64,000 bases of DNA, taken from Planctomycetaceae bacterium. GTDB taxonomy: Bacteria; Planctomycetota; Planctomycetia; Pirellulales; Pirellulaceae. Numbering within the stretch: the first letter of the stretch is position 1; each line of letters begins with the position of its first letter. Of the stretch, positions 18,838 to 28,579 are shown piece by piece. A model generated the notes under the pieces. That model made no database searches. It was not told where the DNA came from and saw only the letters and a list, made by a program, of their open reading frames with translations. A program made the translations under genes and the position numbers. The stretch is taken from NCBI GenBank assembly GCA_024232675.1, contig JAAEPL010000182.1, forward strand, positions 19,214 to 83,213, written 5' to 3'.

Positions 18838-20508
18838 TTAAGGAATGATGCCTCCCAGGGCGACGATGGCAATCGTTTGATTGAGGGCTCCCGATAGGCT
18901 GAGCGGAATTGGCTCTCGAAGCCAAGGCGCACAATCCCCGGGGCGGTAGAAGCCCAAGGCATACAGGCACTCGTTGGGAGGATTGATCCCCGTTTGGTAA
19001 GGCAACGTAATCAGGCTGACAAAAAAGTGAGCTGCGGAGTGGAGCGGTTCCACGACTGGGCCGTGCGTATGTCCGTATCGTTCCAAAGCACGATTTTCGA
19101 AGTACAGTGGTTTGTGGCACAGGGCAGAGGCTTTCCAGAAGAAAGCGTTGGGTTTCCAGTTGCGGGGAGTGAACGTGTCACAACCCAAATTACATTCGAT
19201 CGGTAGGCCCCAATACTGGGTGACTACAAAAAGGTCGACTTCGCTCAGTTGGGCGATTGGAACGAGGCGTCCTTGCCCCGATTCGTCATCGATGACAATG
19301 TAACTTCGTTCGAGGCCGACCAATTTGCCTTTTGCCAATTCCTTGCCGCTGCAATCTGTCCAAGTTCTATCCAGACCCACAGGTGTGCGTTGCGCGGCCG
19401 CCAGCGGTCGTATGGCAGAAATATCCAAAACGATATCAGTAATCGGAGCGTTTAGTAATTCTGTGCGGTAAGCTTCGCATGATTTACGACCTCGGCTTTG
19501 ATCCACTTCGGCAATCCGCTGTAGTTCGTCCTCTTGTGTAAATACGGGGCGGGCGGATGTGCTGCGGCTATTGGGTATGCTTTGAAATTGTCGCGGCGCT
19601 CTTTGAGGCACTTCTGCTCCCCGCAAGTTACGTCTGCTGCCCGCAGGTGCCGTCGCATCACGCAACCCGTTGGATTGGGGCAGGTCAGGTGCCTCGCTGG
19701 GTTTTGATTCTTCTCGGATAAGCACGCTTTGCTCGGTATCTTGCATCGCAGGCCGTTGTACGGAGGCCTGTGGCTCAGCACTTTCTGGCGAGAGTGTGTT
19801 CGGCGTGAAGTCGTCTAGTACCGGAGCAGCGTCCCTTTCCATCGCAACGGGCGACGGATTGCTGGGAGGTGCTAACGCCTCGATGTTTTCAACTTCCAAA
19901 GTCGTCGAATTACGCAAGGGAGGCGTATTAAAACGCGGCGTTGCGGAGTCCTGTTGAGTGGCCGGGATGTCAGTGTCCGGCATCGCCAGATCGGAGATCC
20001 CCGAATCTTGCCATGGCGGTGACTGATTCGAGCGATACGCGGCGTTGCTTGTGGTCGTAGACGCACCCGCAGAGTTCGAAAATGTTCCTGCGGGAGCTGG
20101 GGTTTGCTGAGACCGTGCTTGCCAAGGATCCGTTGCTGGTGAATCCGTTGGCGGTAGTTGATTGAGATATTGCGGCTTATTCTCGTCGTTAATTTGCTGG
20201 AAGCCTGCCGCCTGTTTCACCCGAAAACTGCCCGTGGTACCTGCCGCTGCTTGTTTGAGCGGTTGCCGCAATTGGTTTTGCGGGCGGTAATTACCTGTGG
20301 GTGCGGCGTGGACGGGTGGAGCGATGCGGCGATTTTGCGGCAATTCGCGCTGTTGAGCGATGCCTGACTGCACAAAGCTGGTGACTGCCGCGGCAGTCCC
20401 AAACAAACCGGCAAAAAGCCAGCGTTTCGCATCGCGGTAGTTATGTTTTGTTTTGCGACGGATTTCCGACGCTGTAATTTGGCGCTTCCTGCGTGATAGC
20501 GATGTCAT
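18838..20508 (-). CDS. membrane-anchored hypothetical protein: low-complexity P/Q/S/T-rich region, SHD1-like module, conserved Cys/His C-terminal module
   Basis: An N-terminal TM segment ([13 protein letters not shown]) is followed by about 280 aa of low-complexity sequence. [49 protein letters not shown] resembles an SHD1 domain. The C-terminus carries [17 protein letters not shown]. The ATG start overlaps the guaB 3' end by 68 nt. Confidence 0.62.
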   Translation of the reverse strand: MTSLSRRKRQITASEIRRKTKHNYRDAKRWLFAGLFGTAAAVTSFVQSGIAQQRELPQNRRIAPPVHAAPTGNYRPQNQLRQPLKQAAAGTTGSFRVKQAAGFQQINDENKPQYLNQLPPTDSPATDPWQARSQQTPAPAGTFSNSAGASTTTSNAAYRSNQSPPWQDSGISDLAMPDTDIPATQQDSATPRFNTPPLRNSTTLEVENIEALAPPSNPSPVAMERDAAPVLDDFTPNTLSPESAEPQASVQRPAMQDTEQSVLIREESKPSEAPDLPQSNGLRDATAPAGSRRNLRGAEVPQRAPRQFQSIPNSRSTSARPVFTQEDELQRIAEVDQSRGRKSCEAYRTELLNAPITDIVLDISAIRPLAAAQRTPVGLDRTWTDCSGKELAKGKLVGLERSYIVIDDESGQGRLVPIAQLSEVDLFVVTQYWGLPIECNLGCDTFTPRNWKPNAFFWKASALCHKPLYFENRALERYGHTHGPVVEPLHSAAHFFVSLITLPYQTGINPPNECLYALGFYRPGDCAPWLREPIPLSLSGALNQTIAIVALGGIIP

Positions 20509-21928
20509 GGGGGTGACTTTCTCTTACACTCGCCGCGGATACTTGAATGAATTGCGCTTCCGTACGCAGTTCATCGATCGTGCGTGTTCCGCAATATCCC
20601 ATACCGGCTTTTAATCCGCCGATCAGTTGATATACGAAATCACTCAAAGGGCCCTTAAACGGAACTCGACCTTCCACACCCTCAGGGACAAGTTTGTCCG
20701 ATTGAGTTTGCTTCCCTTGCCGGTAACGTTCGCTGGATCCTTTGACCATAGCCCCAAGCGATCCCATGCCTCGGTAGACCTTGAATGTCCGACCTTGGTA
20801 CAAAATCGTGCGACCTGGACTTTCAGCCAAACCCGCTAACAAACCACCAATCATCACACAGTCGGCACCCGCCACAATGGCTTTGGTGATATCACCTGAA
20901 AAGCGAATTCCGCCATCGGCGATTACTGGAATGTTGTGTTGCTGAGCGACTACGGCCGCATTGTGAATTGCCGTGATTTGGGGCACGCCAATTCCACTGA
21001 CCACCCGAGTGGTGCAGATTGAACCTGGACCAATACCCACCTTTACGGCGTCGGCACCGGCCTCAATCAAAGCTTTGCAACCTTCCATGGTCGCGACATT
21101 GCCGGCGATGACATCGATGTCAGCGCTGGCTTTGATTGCCTTGATCGCGTCAATTACATTTTTCGAGTGACCATGAGCACTATCAACGATCAAAATATCA
21201 ACATCACTTTTGATCAGGGCGGCGATTCTATCTGCATCATTCACGCCAACCGCTGCACCGACTCGCAAACGCCCCTGCCCATCTTTGCAGGCATTAGGGA
21301 ACCGCTTTACCATGTCGATATCTTTGATCGTTATAAGCCCCTTCAGTTTCTTATATTCGTCAACCAGTAAAAGTTTCTCCACCTTTTTAGCCGTTAAAAT
21401 CTTCTCAGCTTCCTCAAGCGTTACTCTTCCCGTAGCCGTTACCAAAGGATCTGCGGTCATTACCTCAGAAATCGCGATATCGCCGGACTCTAAGAACCTC
21501 AAATCGCGACGCGTGAGAATACCGACTAACTTGCCATCAGCTAGCACGATTGGCACGCCTGATACGTTGTGCTGATCCATCAGTTGTTTCGCTTTGATGA
21601 CAGGTTCGTCGGGTGGCAGCGTAACGGGGTCATCGATGATCCCGTTTGCAGACCGTTTCACCCGTCGTACCTCTTCGCATTGAGCTTCCAGGCTCATGTT
21701 TTTGTGAATAACGCCTAAGCCCCCTACTTTGGCCAGGGCGATTGCCAATTCACTTTCGGTTACGGTGTCCATGGGCGCGCTTAGCAGCGGTATGTTGAGC
21801 GAAATCCTCTTCGTTAACCGAGTTTTGGTGATGACCTCACTGGGCACGATTTCGCTGTACCTTGGTTGGATAAGCACATCGTCGAATGTGATGCCCGTTT
21901 GTTGTATCTTTTGATTGCGGTGGGGCAT
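20441..21928 (-). CDS. guaB: IMP dehydrogenase
   Basis: The N-terminus contains [18 protein letters not shown] pair and the catalytic loop [11 protein letters not shown] are present. I prefer ATG 21928 ([18 protein letters not shown]) because it gives a typical length of about 495 aa. The ORF is open up to 22156. Confidence 0.93.
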   Translation of the reverse strand: MPHRNQKIQQTGITFDDVLIQPRYSEIVPSEVITKTRLTKRISLNIPLLSAPMDTVTESELAIALAKVGGLGVIHKNMSLEAQCEEVRRVKRSANGIIDDPVTLPPDEPVIKAKQLMDQHNVSGVPIVLADGKLVGILTRRDLRFLESGDIAISEVMTADPLVTATGRVTLEEAEKILTAKKVEKLLLVDEYKKLKGLITIKDIDMVKRFPNACKDGQGRLRVGAAVGVNDADRIAALIKSDVDILIVDSAHGHSKNVIDAIKAIKASADIDVIAGNVATMEGCKALIEAGADAVKVGIGPGSICTTRVVSGIGVPQITAIHNAAVVAQQHNIPVIADGGIRFSGDITKAIVAGADCVMIGGLLAGLAESPGRTILYQGRTFKVYRGMGSLGAMVKGSSERYRQGKQTQSDKLVPEGVEGRVPFKGPLSDFVYQLIGGLKAGMGYCGTRTIDELRTEAQFIQVSAASVRESHPHDIAITQEAPNYSVGNPSQNKT

Positions 21929-22421
21929 TTCGGTTGCTTCGAGGGACGCTTGAGAATCGGCCGCGTTTTTCAGGGTAGCGTTCGACATCGGATTTTCGCT
22001 CGTCATAGAGGGAGTCTGGCAATTCCCCATTATGCAATTCGCATCGCGGCAGGACAACTCGTGCAGGGTCAGAATCGCGAGTTTTAAGGCTGCTTCTTTG
22101 GCTGTTTCCGAAAACTGGATGGATGAAACAGGGAGGTTGAGCCAGTCTTGGGCCATCGCTACTGAGGACGCCAGAATTCATGCGTTCGTCACTCCCATCA
22201 ATGATCCGGCCAATCCATAAAATCATCGGTCATTTGCCACCACGGGAATCTGTTTGGCTGGACGCTAACGCTTGTTTTCGCTTGAGGTTGGTCCCTTGCG
22301 GTAGATTTCAGCCGGTTAGGAGTGAGAATCTACACGAGGTTCCCTAGTGCCTGTATTAAAAAAGGCCTTGGGTTGCGTTAGAATACAAATGATCGACGTT
22401 GCCCCTTGTGCGGAGTTTGAA

Positions 22422-23741
22422 ATGCGAAAAATTTGTTTGATTCTGTTGGGACTTTCATTGAGTTTGCCGGGTTGTGACTCAGCGGCACCAGCGCCCGGTC
22501 CCGAAGCGGAAGGGAACAAATCAGTTTCCGGGGAGCAGCCCGTCGGTATGATCGAGGGTGCTTTGTTCGTCCGGCAAGATTCCAAAGCGGACGATGAGGC
22601 TCGCGCACGGCAGATCTCAGATGCATTGCTTGGCGGGTTGGAAACGCAATTGGAGGCGCTGAAGGTCGAGGTAAGTGCAGCGAAAACAGACGAAGAAAAA
22701 GCAGCGATTTATCAGGAATACAATCCGGTACCCGGATTTCTGAATGACGTCGTCAAGACGGTGGATATGTTTCCTCTCTGCAATGCGACCTTCGATGTGG
22801 CATTGGGTGGATTGGGGGTTGCCCAAGGGGAACAGCGTGAGCTTTTGATGGACTACTTATTGGCACGCTGGCCCAATCGCTTGGATCACCGAAAACTTAT
22901 CGAATATTTGTTGGAGCAGGTGCCGAGTCCAACAGTTGAAAAATGGCTCACACAAATTGCCGATTCGGCGCCAGTGGGCGTGGTTCGAGCCGAGGCTCTG
23001 TTGGCTTACAAAACCTACTTTGATCAAAAAACGGTCTTTAGCTCGACGTTGTTGAACAACCCCGAATTCGCGAATCGGCTGCCCGAAAATCAACTGACCT
23101 ACATTCACGCGAAGCTGACGGAGCAGCAGACAGCGCAAGTTGCTGCGTATTTAGAACGGTTGATAGCCGAGTTTGGTGATCTCGAATTTACAGGCTCGGG
23201 GTTAGGGTCTAGCGATACCTTTGGGGAAGTCGCAAAGTACGAGCTGTTTGAATTGAACCATTTGAATGTCGGTGATCCCGCTCCCAATATTGTTGGACAG
23301 GATCTTGATGGCTTTGATTTCCAGTTAAGTGATTATCGAGGCAAGGTCGTGATGTTAGATTTTTGGGGACAGTGGTGTCCGCCTTGCCGGCGCATGTATC
23401 CTTACGAACGTGAACTTGTTCGATTGATGAACGGCTTGCCGTTCGCTTTGTTGGGGGTTAATTCGGACAGGGACCTGAAAGTCGCTCAGGCCAGCGTCAA
23501 AGACGAGAAATTACCTTGGCGAAACTTCTGGAATGGTCCCGAGGGAACTGCTGGGCCGATCGCTAAACTTTACAACGTGTCGGAGTGGCCCACGGTCTAT
23601 TTGATTGACCCCGAAGGGATCATCCGATTCAAGGGAGTTTTGGGCAATGATATTGAAAAAGGCATAGAGGTTTTAATGGCCGAGATCGGGCATGACATTG
23701 ATTTGCAACCCGTGCAGAAGGTCGCGTCTAAAAAACCGTGA
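22422..23741 (+). CDS. lipoprotein with C-terminal TlpA/ResA-like thioredoxin fold
   Basis: The lipobox is LSLPGC. The redox motif FWGQWCPPCRRMYP lies in the C-terminal ~150 aa. The N-terminal ~280 aa are unassigned. Confidence 0.78.
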   Translation: MRKICLILLGLSLSLPGCDSAAPAPGPEAEGNKSVSGEQPVGMIEGALFVRQDSKADDEARARQISDALLGGLETQLEALKVEVSAAKTDEEKAAIYQEYNPVPGFLNDVVKTVDMFPLCNATFDVALGGLGVAQGEQRELLMDYLLARWPNRLDHRKLIEYLLEQVPSPTVEKWLTQIADSAPVGVVRAEALLAYKTYFDQKTVFSSTLLNNPEFANRLPENQLTYIHAKLTEQQTAQVAAYLERLIAEFGDLEFTGSGLGSSDTFGEVAKYELFELNHLNVGDPAPNIVGQDLDGFDFQLSDYRGKVVMLDFWGQWCPPCRRMYPYERELVRLMNGLPFALLGVNSDRDLKVAQASVKDEKLPWRNFWNGPEGTAGPIAKLYNVSEWPTVYLIDPEGIIRFKGVLGNDIEKGIEVLMAEIGHDIDLQPVQKVASKKP

Positions 23742-23943
23742 TGTTTTCTGGCAACGTTTGTGGTGTTCGGTAGCTTGGGAAGCCAGGACGCATGTCTTGT
23801 TTGATAGTTACCTAGGTGACGGGTAAATGTGAGATACCGCCGCACCGTTTGTATTGACATCGGTGGCGGCCACTTTCACAGCCCTGTTGCCTGTGGTTAC
23901 CATAAGACTCCATTAATTTCGTCCCCTGACTCTTTGCTTTCCT

Positions 23944-25170
23944 TTGTCAAACTCCAACGCCCCAGCCAAGCAAGTTCTCACCGTCAGTCGCTTGACGCAA
24001 AAACTGCAGTGGACGCTGCGCGACAGCTTTCCGAATCTGTGGGTTTCTGGCGAGATATCTAATCTAACCCAGCCCCAAAGCGGCCACGTCTACCTGACAT
24101 TGGGTGACGAGAACGCCCAATTAAAAGCAGTCATTTGGCGTAGCACGGCACAGCGAATTGGCTTTGATCTGCAGAATGGCATGCAGGTAATCTGCCGCGG
24201 GGAAATTGACATCTACCCGCCGCGGGGAGTTTATCAACTTATTATTCAAAAGATTGAGCCCAAGGGTGTCGGCAGCCAACAGTTGGCATTGAAGAAATTG
24301 CACGCCAAACTGGCGGCAGAAGGCTTGTTTGATGCTGAACGAAAGCGGGCCATTCCAGTCGTGCCGCGCCGTATCGGGGTGGTGACCAGTCCCACGGGTG
24401 CAGCGATTCGGGATTTTCTTCAGGTAGTTAATCGGCGTTGGCCGAATCTGGATATTTTAATCATTCCGGCCCGCGTGCAGGGGCAAGGAGCCGCCAGGGA
24501 AATTGCGGAGGGCGTCAGCTTGGCCGCCAATCTGGCGGATCGACCGGATGTTTTGGTGGTGACGCGGGGAGGCGGCTCTGCCGAAGACCTGTGGAGTTTC
24601 AATGACGAAGAGTTGGTCCGCACGATCGCGAATTGCCCGTTACCCGTTATTAGTGCCGTCGGACACGAGATCGATGTCACCTTAAGCGATTTGGTGGCGG
24701 ATGTCAGGGCTCTGACGCCAAGTGAGGCGGGAGAGTTGGTGGTGCCAGAAAAACAGCATTTAACCAACAGCCTAAATGATTTGCAGCTGCGTATTCGTAC
24801 TGCGTTAATTAGACGAATCGAAATGGCGCGAGAGCAACTCCGCTCGATCGAATCTCGACGCGTGCTCAAAGAGCCTGATCACCTGTTAAACGTGGCACGT
24901 CGAAACGTCGACGAGTTGGAGATGCGGATGCAGTACGCCTGTAACCAGCAAATGCAACAACGTGAAAATACCATCGCCGTGTTAGCGGGACGTTTGCAGG
25001 CAATTAGCCCCTTGAATGTGTTGTCACGGGGCTACAGCGTCACTGAGTCGGCAGAAGGCGAGATCTTGAGCAACGCCGCGGAGGCCCGTCTTGGCAGTCA
25101 TATCATTACGCGCTTAGCTACCGGAAAAATTGAGAGTCAAATTGTTGGAATTGAGAAACCAGAGGATTGA
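23944..25170 (+). CDS. xseA: exodeoxyribonuclease VII large subunit
   Basis: The N-terminal OB fold reads LTVSRLTQKLQ...VWVSGEISNL...GHVYLTLGD. The catalytic region and coiled-coil tail follow. TTG at 23944 is the only canonical start after the in-frame TAA at 23914. Confidence 0.9.
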   Translation: MSNSNAPAKQVLTVSRLTQKLQWTLRDSFPNLWVSGEISNLTQPQSGHVYLTLGDENAQLKAVIWRSTAQRIGFDLQNGMQVICRGEIDIYPPRGVYQLIIQKIEPKGVGSQQLALKKLHAKLAAEGLFDAERKRAIPVVPRRIGVVTSPTGAAIRDFLQVVNRRWPNLDILIIPARVQGQGAAREIAEGVSLAANLADRPDVLVVTRGGGSAEDLWSFNDEELVRTIANCPLPVISAVGHEIDVTLSDLVADVRALTPSEAGELVVPEKQHLTNSLNDLQLRIRTALIRRIEMAREQLRSIESRRVLKEPDHLLNVARRNVDELEMRMQYACNQQMQQRENTIAVLAGRLQAISPLNVLSRGYSVTESAEGEILSNAAEARLGSHIITRLATGKIESQIVGIEKPED

Positions 25171-25297
25171 GTTTGAAACGCGACAGCAAAGAAACTCCTT
25201 GAGGTTTATCCATGTATTCACCCCCCCAAAAAAAAATCGCCGCGATCCCTATGATCGAAATCGGAACGCGACATGAACAAAAAAGGAAGCGATAGCG

Positions 25298-25627
25298 ATG
25301 GCAAAAAAGAAGGCTGCCGCCAAAAAAACAGAACCCAAATTTGAGGAAGCACTCACGAATTTGGAGGGAATTGTTGCGGATTTAGAGACGGGGAATTTAC
25401 CGCTTACCGAATCGATTCAGCGTTATGAAGAAGGCGTGAAGTTGTTGAAACAGTGCCATTCTTCATTGGATCAGGTGCGCCGAAAAATCGAATTGTTGAC
25501 TCAGGTAAACGCCGCAGGTGGCGAAACTACCACAGCCTTCGACGCCGAGGAAACGCCTCAGGATCGACCGGCACGAGGTAAAGCCGATTTAGCTGCGGAA
25601 GTGGACGAAGACGGACGTTTGTTCTAA
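25298..25627 (+). CDS. xseB: exodeoxyribonuclease VII small subunit
   Basis: The sequence FEEALTNLEGIVADLETGNLPLTESIQRYEEGVKLLKQC is the typical XseB helix-hairpin. Confidence 0.9.
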   Translation: MAKKKAAAKKTEPKFEEALTNLEGIVADLETGNLPLTESIQRYEEGVKLLKQCHSSLDQVRRKIELLTQVNAAGGETTTAFDAEETPQDRPARGKADLAAEVDEDGRLF

Positions 25628-25747
25628 ACTGGATTCCTGAACGTTTTCGGGTTAACCAAGGAGCTTCACGACGGTTCCCAAAGTCCGGGAGATGAGGGAT
25701 TTTTCTCAGGCTTCAGGACTAATTCCACCGTTTGTGATTGCCCGCTC

Positions 25748-26644
25748 ATGTCAGAACCATCTATCGATACAATTGATTTCAATCTCGATTTAGCTCGTCA
25801 GCAAATTGATGAGCAATTGGTTCGCTTCACTGAATTTGATGCGGATTGCCCGGCGCAGCTTCGAGAAGCGATCCGTTACAGCCTCCTCAGCCCAGGGAAA
25901 CGGCTCAGGCCGCTGTTGGTGATGATGGCGTGTGAGGCCTGCGGAAAAGACTCCAAGGAGTCATTGCCGGCCGCCTGCGCCGTAGAAATGATCCACACCT
26001 ATTCACTCATTCACGACGATCTTCCGTCTATGGATGATGACCAATTGCGGAGGGGGCAACCGACCTGCCACGTGAAGTTTGACGAGTCAACGGCCATCTT
26101 AGCCGGCGATGCTCTGATTCCTCTCGCTTTTCAGGTCGTCTGTAGCGAGTATCCCCCGTCAATTGCTACGCCCTGCAGCGTTGAGTTAGCCCAAGCATGT
26201 GGAGCAACTCGCTTGGTGGGCGGCCAGGTAGACGACCTGGCTCAGGAAAGTGACCAAATGGGCGATCTAGAAAAACTCGAACATATTCATCGGCGAAAGA
26301 CAGGCGCCCTACTGTCGGTCTCTCTGAGATTGGGAGCGATCGTCGCCGCAGGTTCTTCGAAACAGATCGCGGCACTTGAAATCTTCGGAAAAAATTTGGG
26401 TTTAGCCTTCCAGATCGTGGACGACTTATTGGATTGTCGGGGCGATTGGACCAAAATGGGAAAAATGACCAACAAGGACGATGGCCGCGGTAAGCTCACC
26501 TATCCCAATTTGATGGGAGTGGAACAAAGCGAGAGCCGAGCGGCTGGACTAGTGCATGATGCGGTTGAGTCACTTGCTGATTTTGGCTCGCGAGCCGAAC
26601 CGTTAAGAAACCTCGCGAAGTACGTCTTGGAAAGGACTCACTAA
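25748..26644 (+). CDS. ispA: short-chain polyprenyl (farnesyl/geranylgeranyl) diphosphate synthase
   Basis: The first Asp-rich motif is LIHDDLPSMDDD and the second is FQIVDDLLD. Confidence 0.88.
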   Translation: MSEPSIDTIDFNLDLARQQIDEQLVRFTEFDADCPAQLREAIRYSLLSPGKRLRPLLVMMACEACGKDSKESLPAACAVEMIHTYSLIHDDLPSMDDDQLRRGQPTCHVKFDESTAILAGDALIPLAFQVVCSEYPPSIATPCSVELAQACGATRLVGGQVDDLAQESDQMGDLEKLEHIHRRKTGALLSVSLRLGAIVAAGSSKQIAALEIFGKNLGLAFQIVDDLLDCRGDWTKMGKMTNKDDGRGKLTYPNLMGVEQSESRAAGLVHDAVESLADFGSRAEPLRNLAKYVLERTH

Positions 26645-26646
26645 CG

Positions 26647-28566
26647 ATGGCAAAGATATTATCACAGCTCAAGTCGCCTAAAGAGCTACACTCGATGAGT
26701 GTGGCCCAACTCGAGCAAGTGGCCGACGAAATACGGGAAACCTTGTGTGGCTTGCTTAGCACAAGAAGCGCCCACTTCGCGTCCAACTTAGGCGTTGTGG
26801 AACTATGCTTGGCTTTGCATTCAACTTACGACTTTGCGTACGACCGTCTGATTTGGGATACCGGTCATCAAATCTATCCCCAGAAATTAATCACGGGCCG
26901 ATATGACGAGTTCCCTGGTATTCGTACCCGCGGCGGCTTGATGGGGTATCCCAATCCAGCGGAAAGCGAATATGACTTGTTTGTCACGGGGCATGCGGGT
27001 TGCAGTGTTTCCACAATGGTGGGGATTCGCAGTGGTGATGATTTACACAACGAATCTGATCGACACGCTGTCGCCGTGATCGGCGATGGAGCATTGCCGT
27101 CAGGGATTGTATTCGAGGCATTCAACAACGTTGCTAGTTCCAAAAGTAACCTTTTGGTGGTTCTCAATGATAACGAGATGTCGATTTGCCCACGTGTTGG
27201 CGGCTTGGCGAAATACTTGGATCGTTTGAGATCGAATCGAGCGTACAGCGGCTTTAAGAGCGAGGTCGCCAATGTTCTGAATCGTGTGCCTGTATTCGGA
27301 GACCCCACGGAAAGATTATTGGCCCAGATCAAAGAGGGCGTCAAAGCCGGGTTGCATGGCGGCATGATGTTTGAAGAGTTTGGCTTTCGCTATTTTGGGC
27401 CCATCGATGGTCATAACGTCGCCATCGTCAAGAAATATCTCAAAATGGTCAAGGAAATTGAGGGCCCGGTACTGTTGCACGTGATTACGAGCAAAGGGCA
27501 TGGATTCAAACCTGCCGCCGAAGATCCCGTCTTTTTCCACACTCCACCGGCATTCGAACAGAAGGATGACACCGTCGTCCCGAAGGGCGGCGGAGGGGCT
27601 GCGGCTTACACCAATTTCGCTCGCGATGCGATTGCTGAGCAGATGAGAAAAAATGATAAGGTAACGGTCATCACCGCGGCGATGTGCCAAGGCAACAAGT
27701 TAGAACCGGTACGAGAAGAATTTCCCGATAGATTTTTCGACGTTGGAATCTGCGAATCGCACGCGGTGGCTTTCGCGGCTGGGCAAGCAAAGACCGGCAT
27801 CCGACCTATTGTAGATATCTACAGTACCTTTTTGCAGCGAAGCTTCGACCAGATATTCCAAGAGGTTTGCCTGCAAAATCTACCGGTTGTTTTCACGATG
27901 GATCGCGCCGGACTGACAGCTCCCGACGGTCCTACGCATCACGGCACATTTGATTTTGCCTACATGCGTATTTTCCCAAATATGGTCGTCATGGCACCCG
28001 GCGACGCCTGCGATATCCGCTTAATGCTCGACTTTGCCCTGAAGCACGACACGCCCTGCTCTCTGCGCTATCCGAAAGACACTGCAATAGAGTTGCCACG
28101 TGACGCTCAAGCTGTGGAACTGGGAAAAGCAGAGATCTTCGCGTGGGGTAACGACGGAATGATTCTGTGTGCCGGAACGCCACTGGTTAACTGTATCCGC
28201 GCCGCCGAAGCACTCCGTAAGGAAGGTCTGGACATCGGCGTTGTCAGTGCTCGCTTTGTAAAGCCACTGGACACCGAAACCATCTCCAAAGCACTGAAAG
28301 AGATGCCCTTCGTGGTAACGGTGGAAGAGGGGATGCTGATGGGCGGTTTCGGCAGCGCTGTTTTGGAGCACGGCAGCAGTGTCGGGATCGATTGCTCACA
28401 TGTGCACCGAATTGGAATTCCCGATCGGTTTGTAGAACATGGTGACCGGGCCGAGTTATTCGCCGAATTGAAGCTCGATGCCAATGGTATCGCGGAAGTC
28501 TGCCGAGACCTCGCGCGGCAAACTGGTGTTTCCAGCGGTCAAGAATCCTCAAGGGCTGTCAAGTAA
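26647..28566 (+). CDS. dxs: 1-deoxy-D-xylulose-5-phosphate synthase
   Basis: The translation contains GHQIYPQKLITGR and GHAGCSVS. The TPP motif is IGDGALPSG...NDNEMSI. The start lies 2 nt after the ispA stop. Confidence 0.97.
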   Translation: MAKILSQLKSPKELHSMSVAQLEQVADEIRETLCGLLSTRSAHFASNLGVVELCLALHSTYDFAYDRLIWDTGHQIYPQKLITGRYDEFPGIRTRGGLMGYPNPAESEYDLFVTGHAGCSVSTMVGIRSGDDLHNESDRHAVAVIGDGALPSGIVFEAFNNVASSKSNLLVVLNDNEMSICPRVGGLAKYLDRLRSNRAYSGFKSEVANVLNRVPVFGDPTERLLAQIKEGVKAGLHGGMMFEEFGFRYFGPIDGHNVAIVKKYLKMVKEIEGPVLLHVITSKGHGFKPAAEDPVFFHTPPAFEQKDDTVVPKGGGGAAAYTNFARDAIAEQMRKNDKVTVITAAMCQGNKLEPVREEFPDRFFDVGICESHAVAFAAGQAKTGIRPIVDIYSTFLQRSFDQIFQEVCLQNLPVVFTMDRAGLTAPDGPTHHGTFDFAYMRIFPNMVVMAPGDACDIRLMLDFALKHDTPCSLRYPKDTAIELPRDAQAVELGKAEIFAWGNDGMILCAGTPLVNCIRAAEALRKEGLDIGVVSARFVKPLDTETISKALKEMPFVVTVEEGMLMGGFGSAVLEHGSSVGIDCSHVHRIGIPDRFVEHGDRAELFAELKLDANGIAEVCRDLARQTGVSSGQESSRAVK

Positions 28567-28579
28567 CCTTGGGCAGCGT

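Noticed and set aside
25221-25236. A C7A9 homopolymer pair between xseA and xseB.
   Set aside because: It is intergenic, 62 nt before the xseB ATG, and nothing suggests phase variation of a coding frame. It is probably just spacer sequence, although it would be a sequencing-error hotspot.
26874-27365. Long antisense ORFs inside dxs. Similar ones occur at 24420..24869 in xseA, 56510..57031 in yidC, 31706..32257 and 36835..37254.
   Set aside because: All are fully embedded opposite strongly supported genes. Their translations are Arg/Ser/Pro-rich and low complexity, as expected from codon-complement bias. None has independent start or RBS support.
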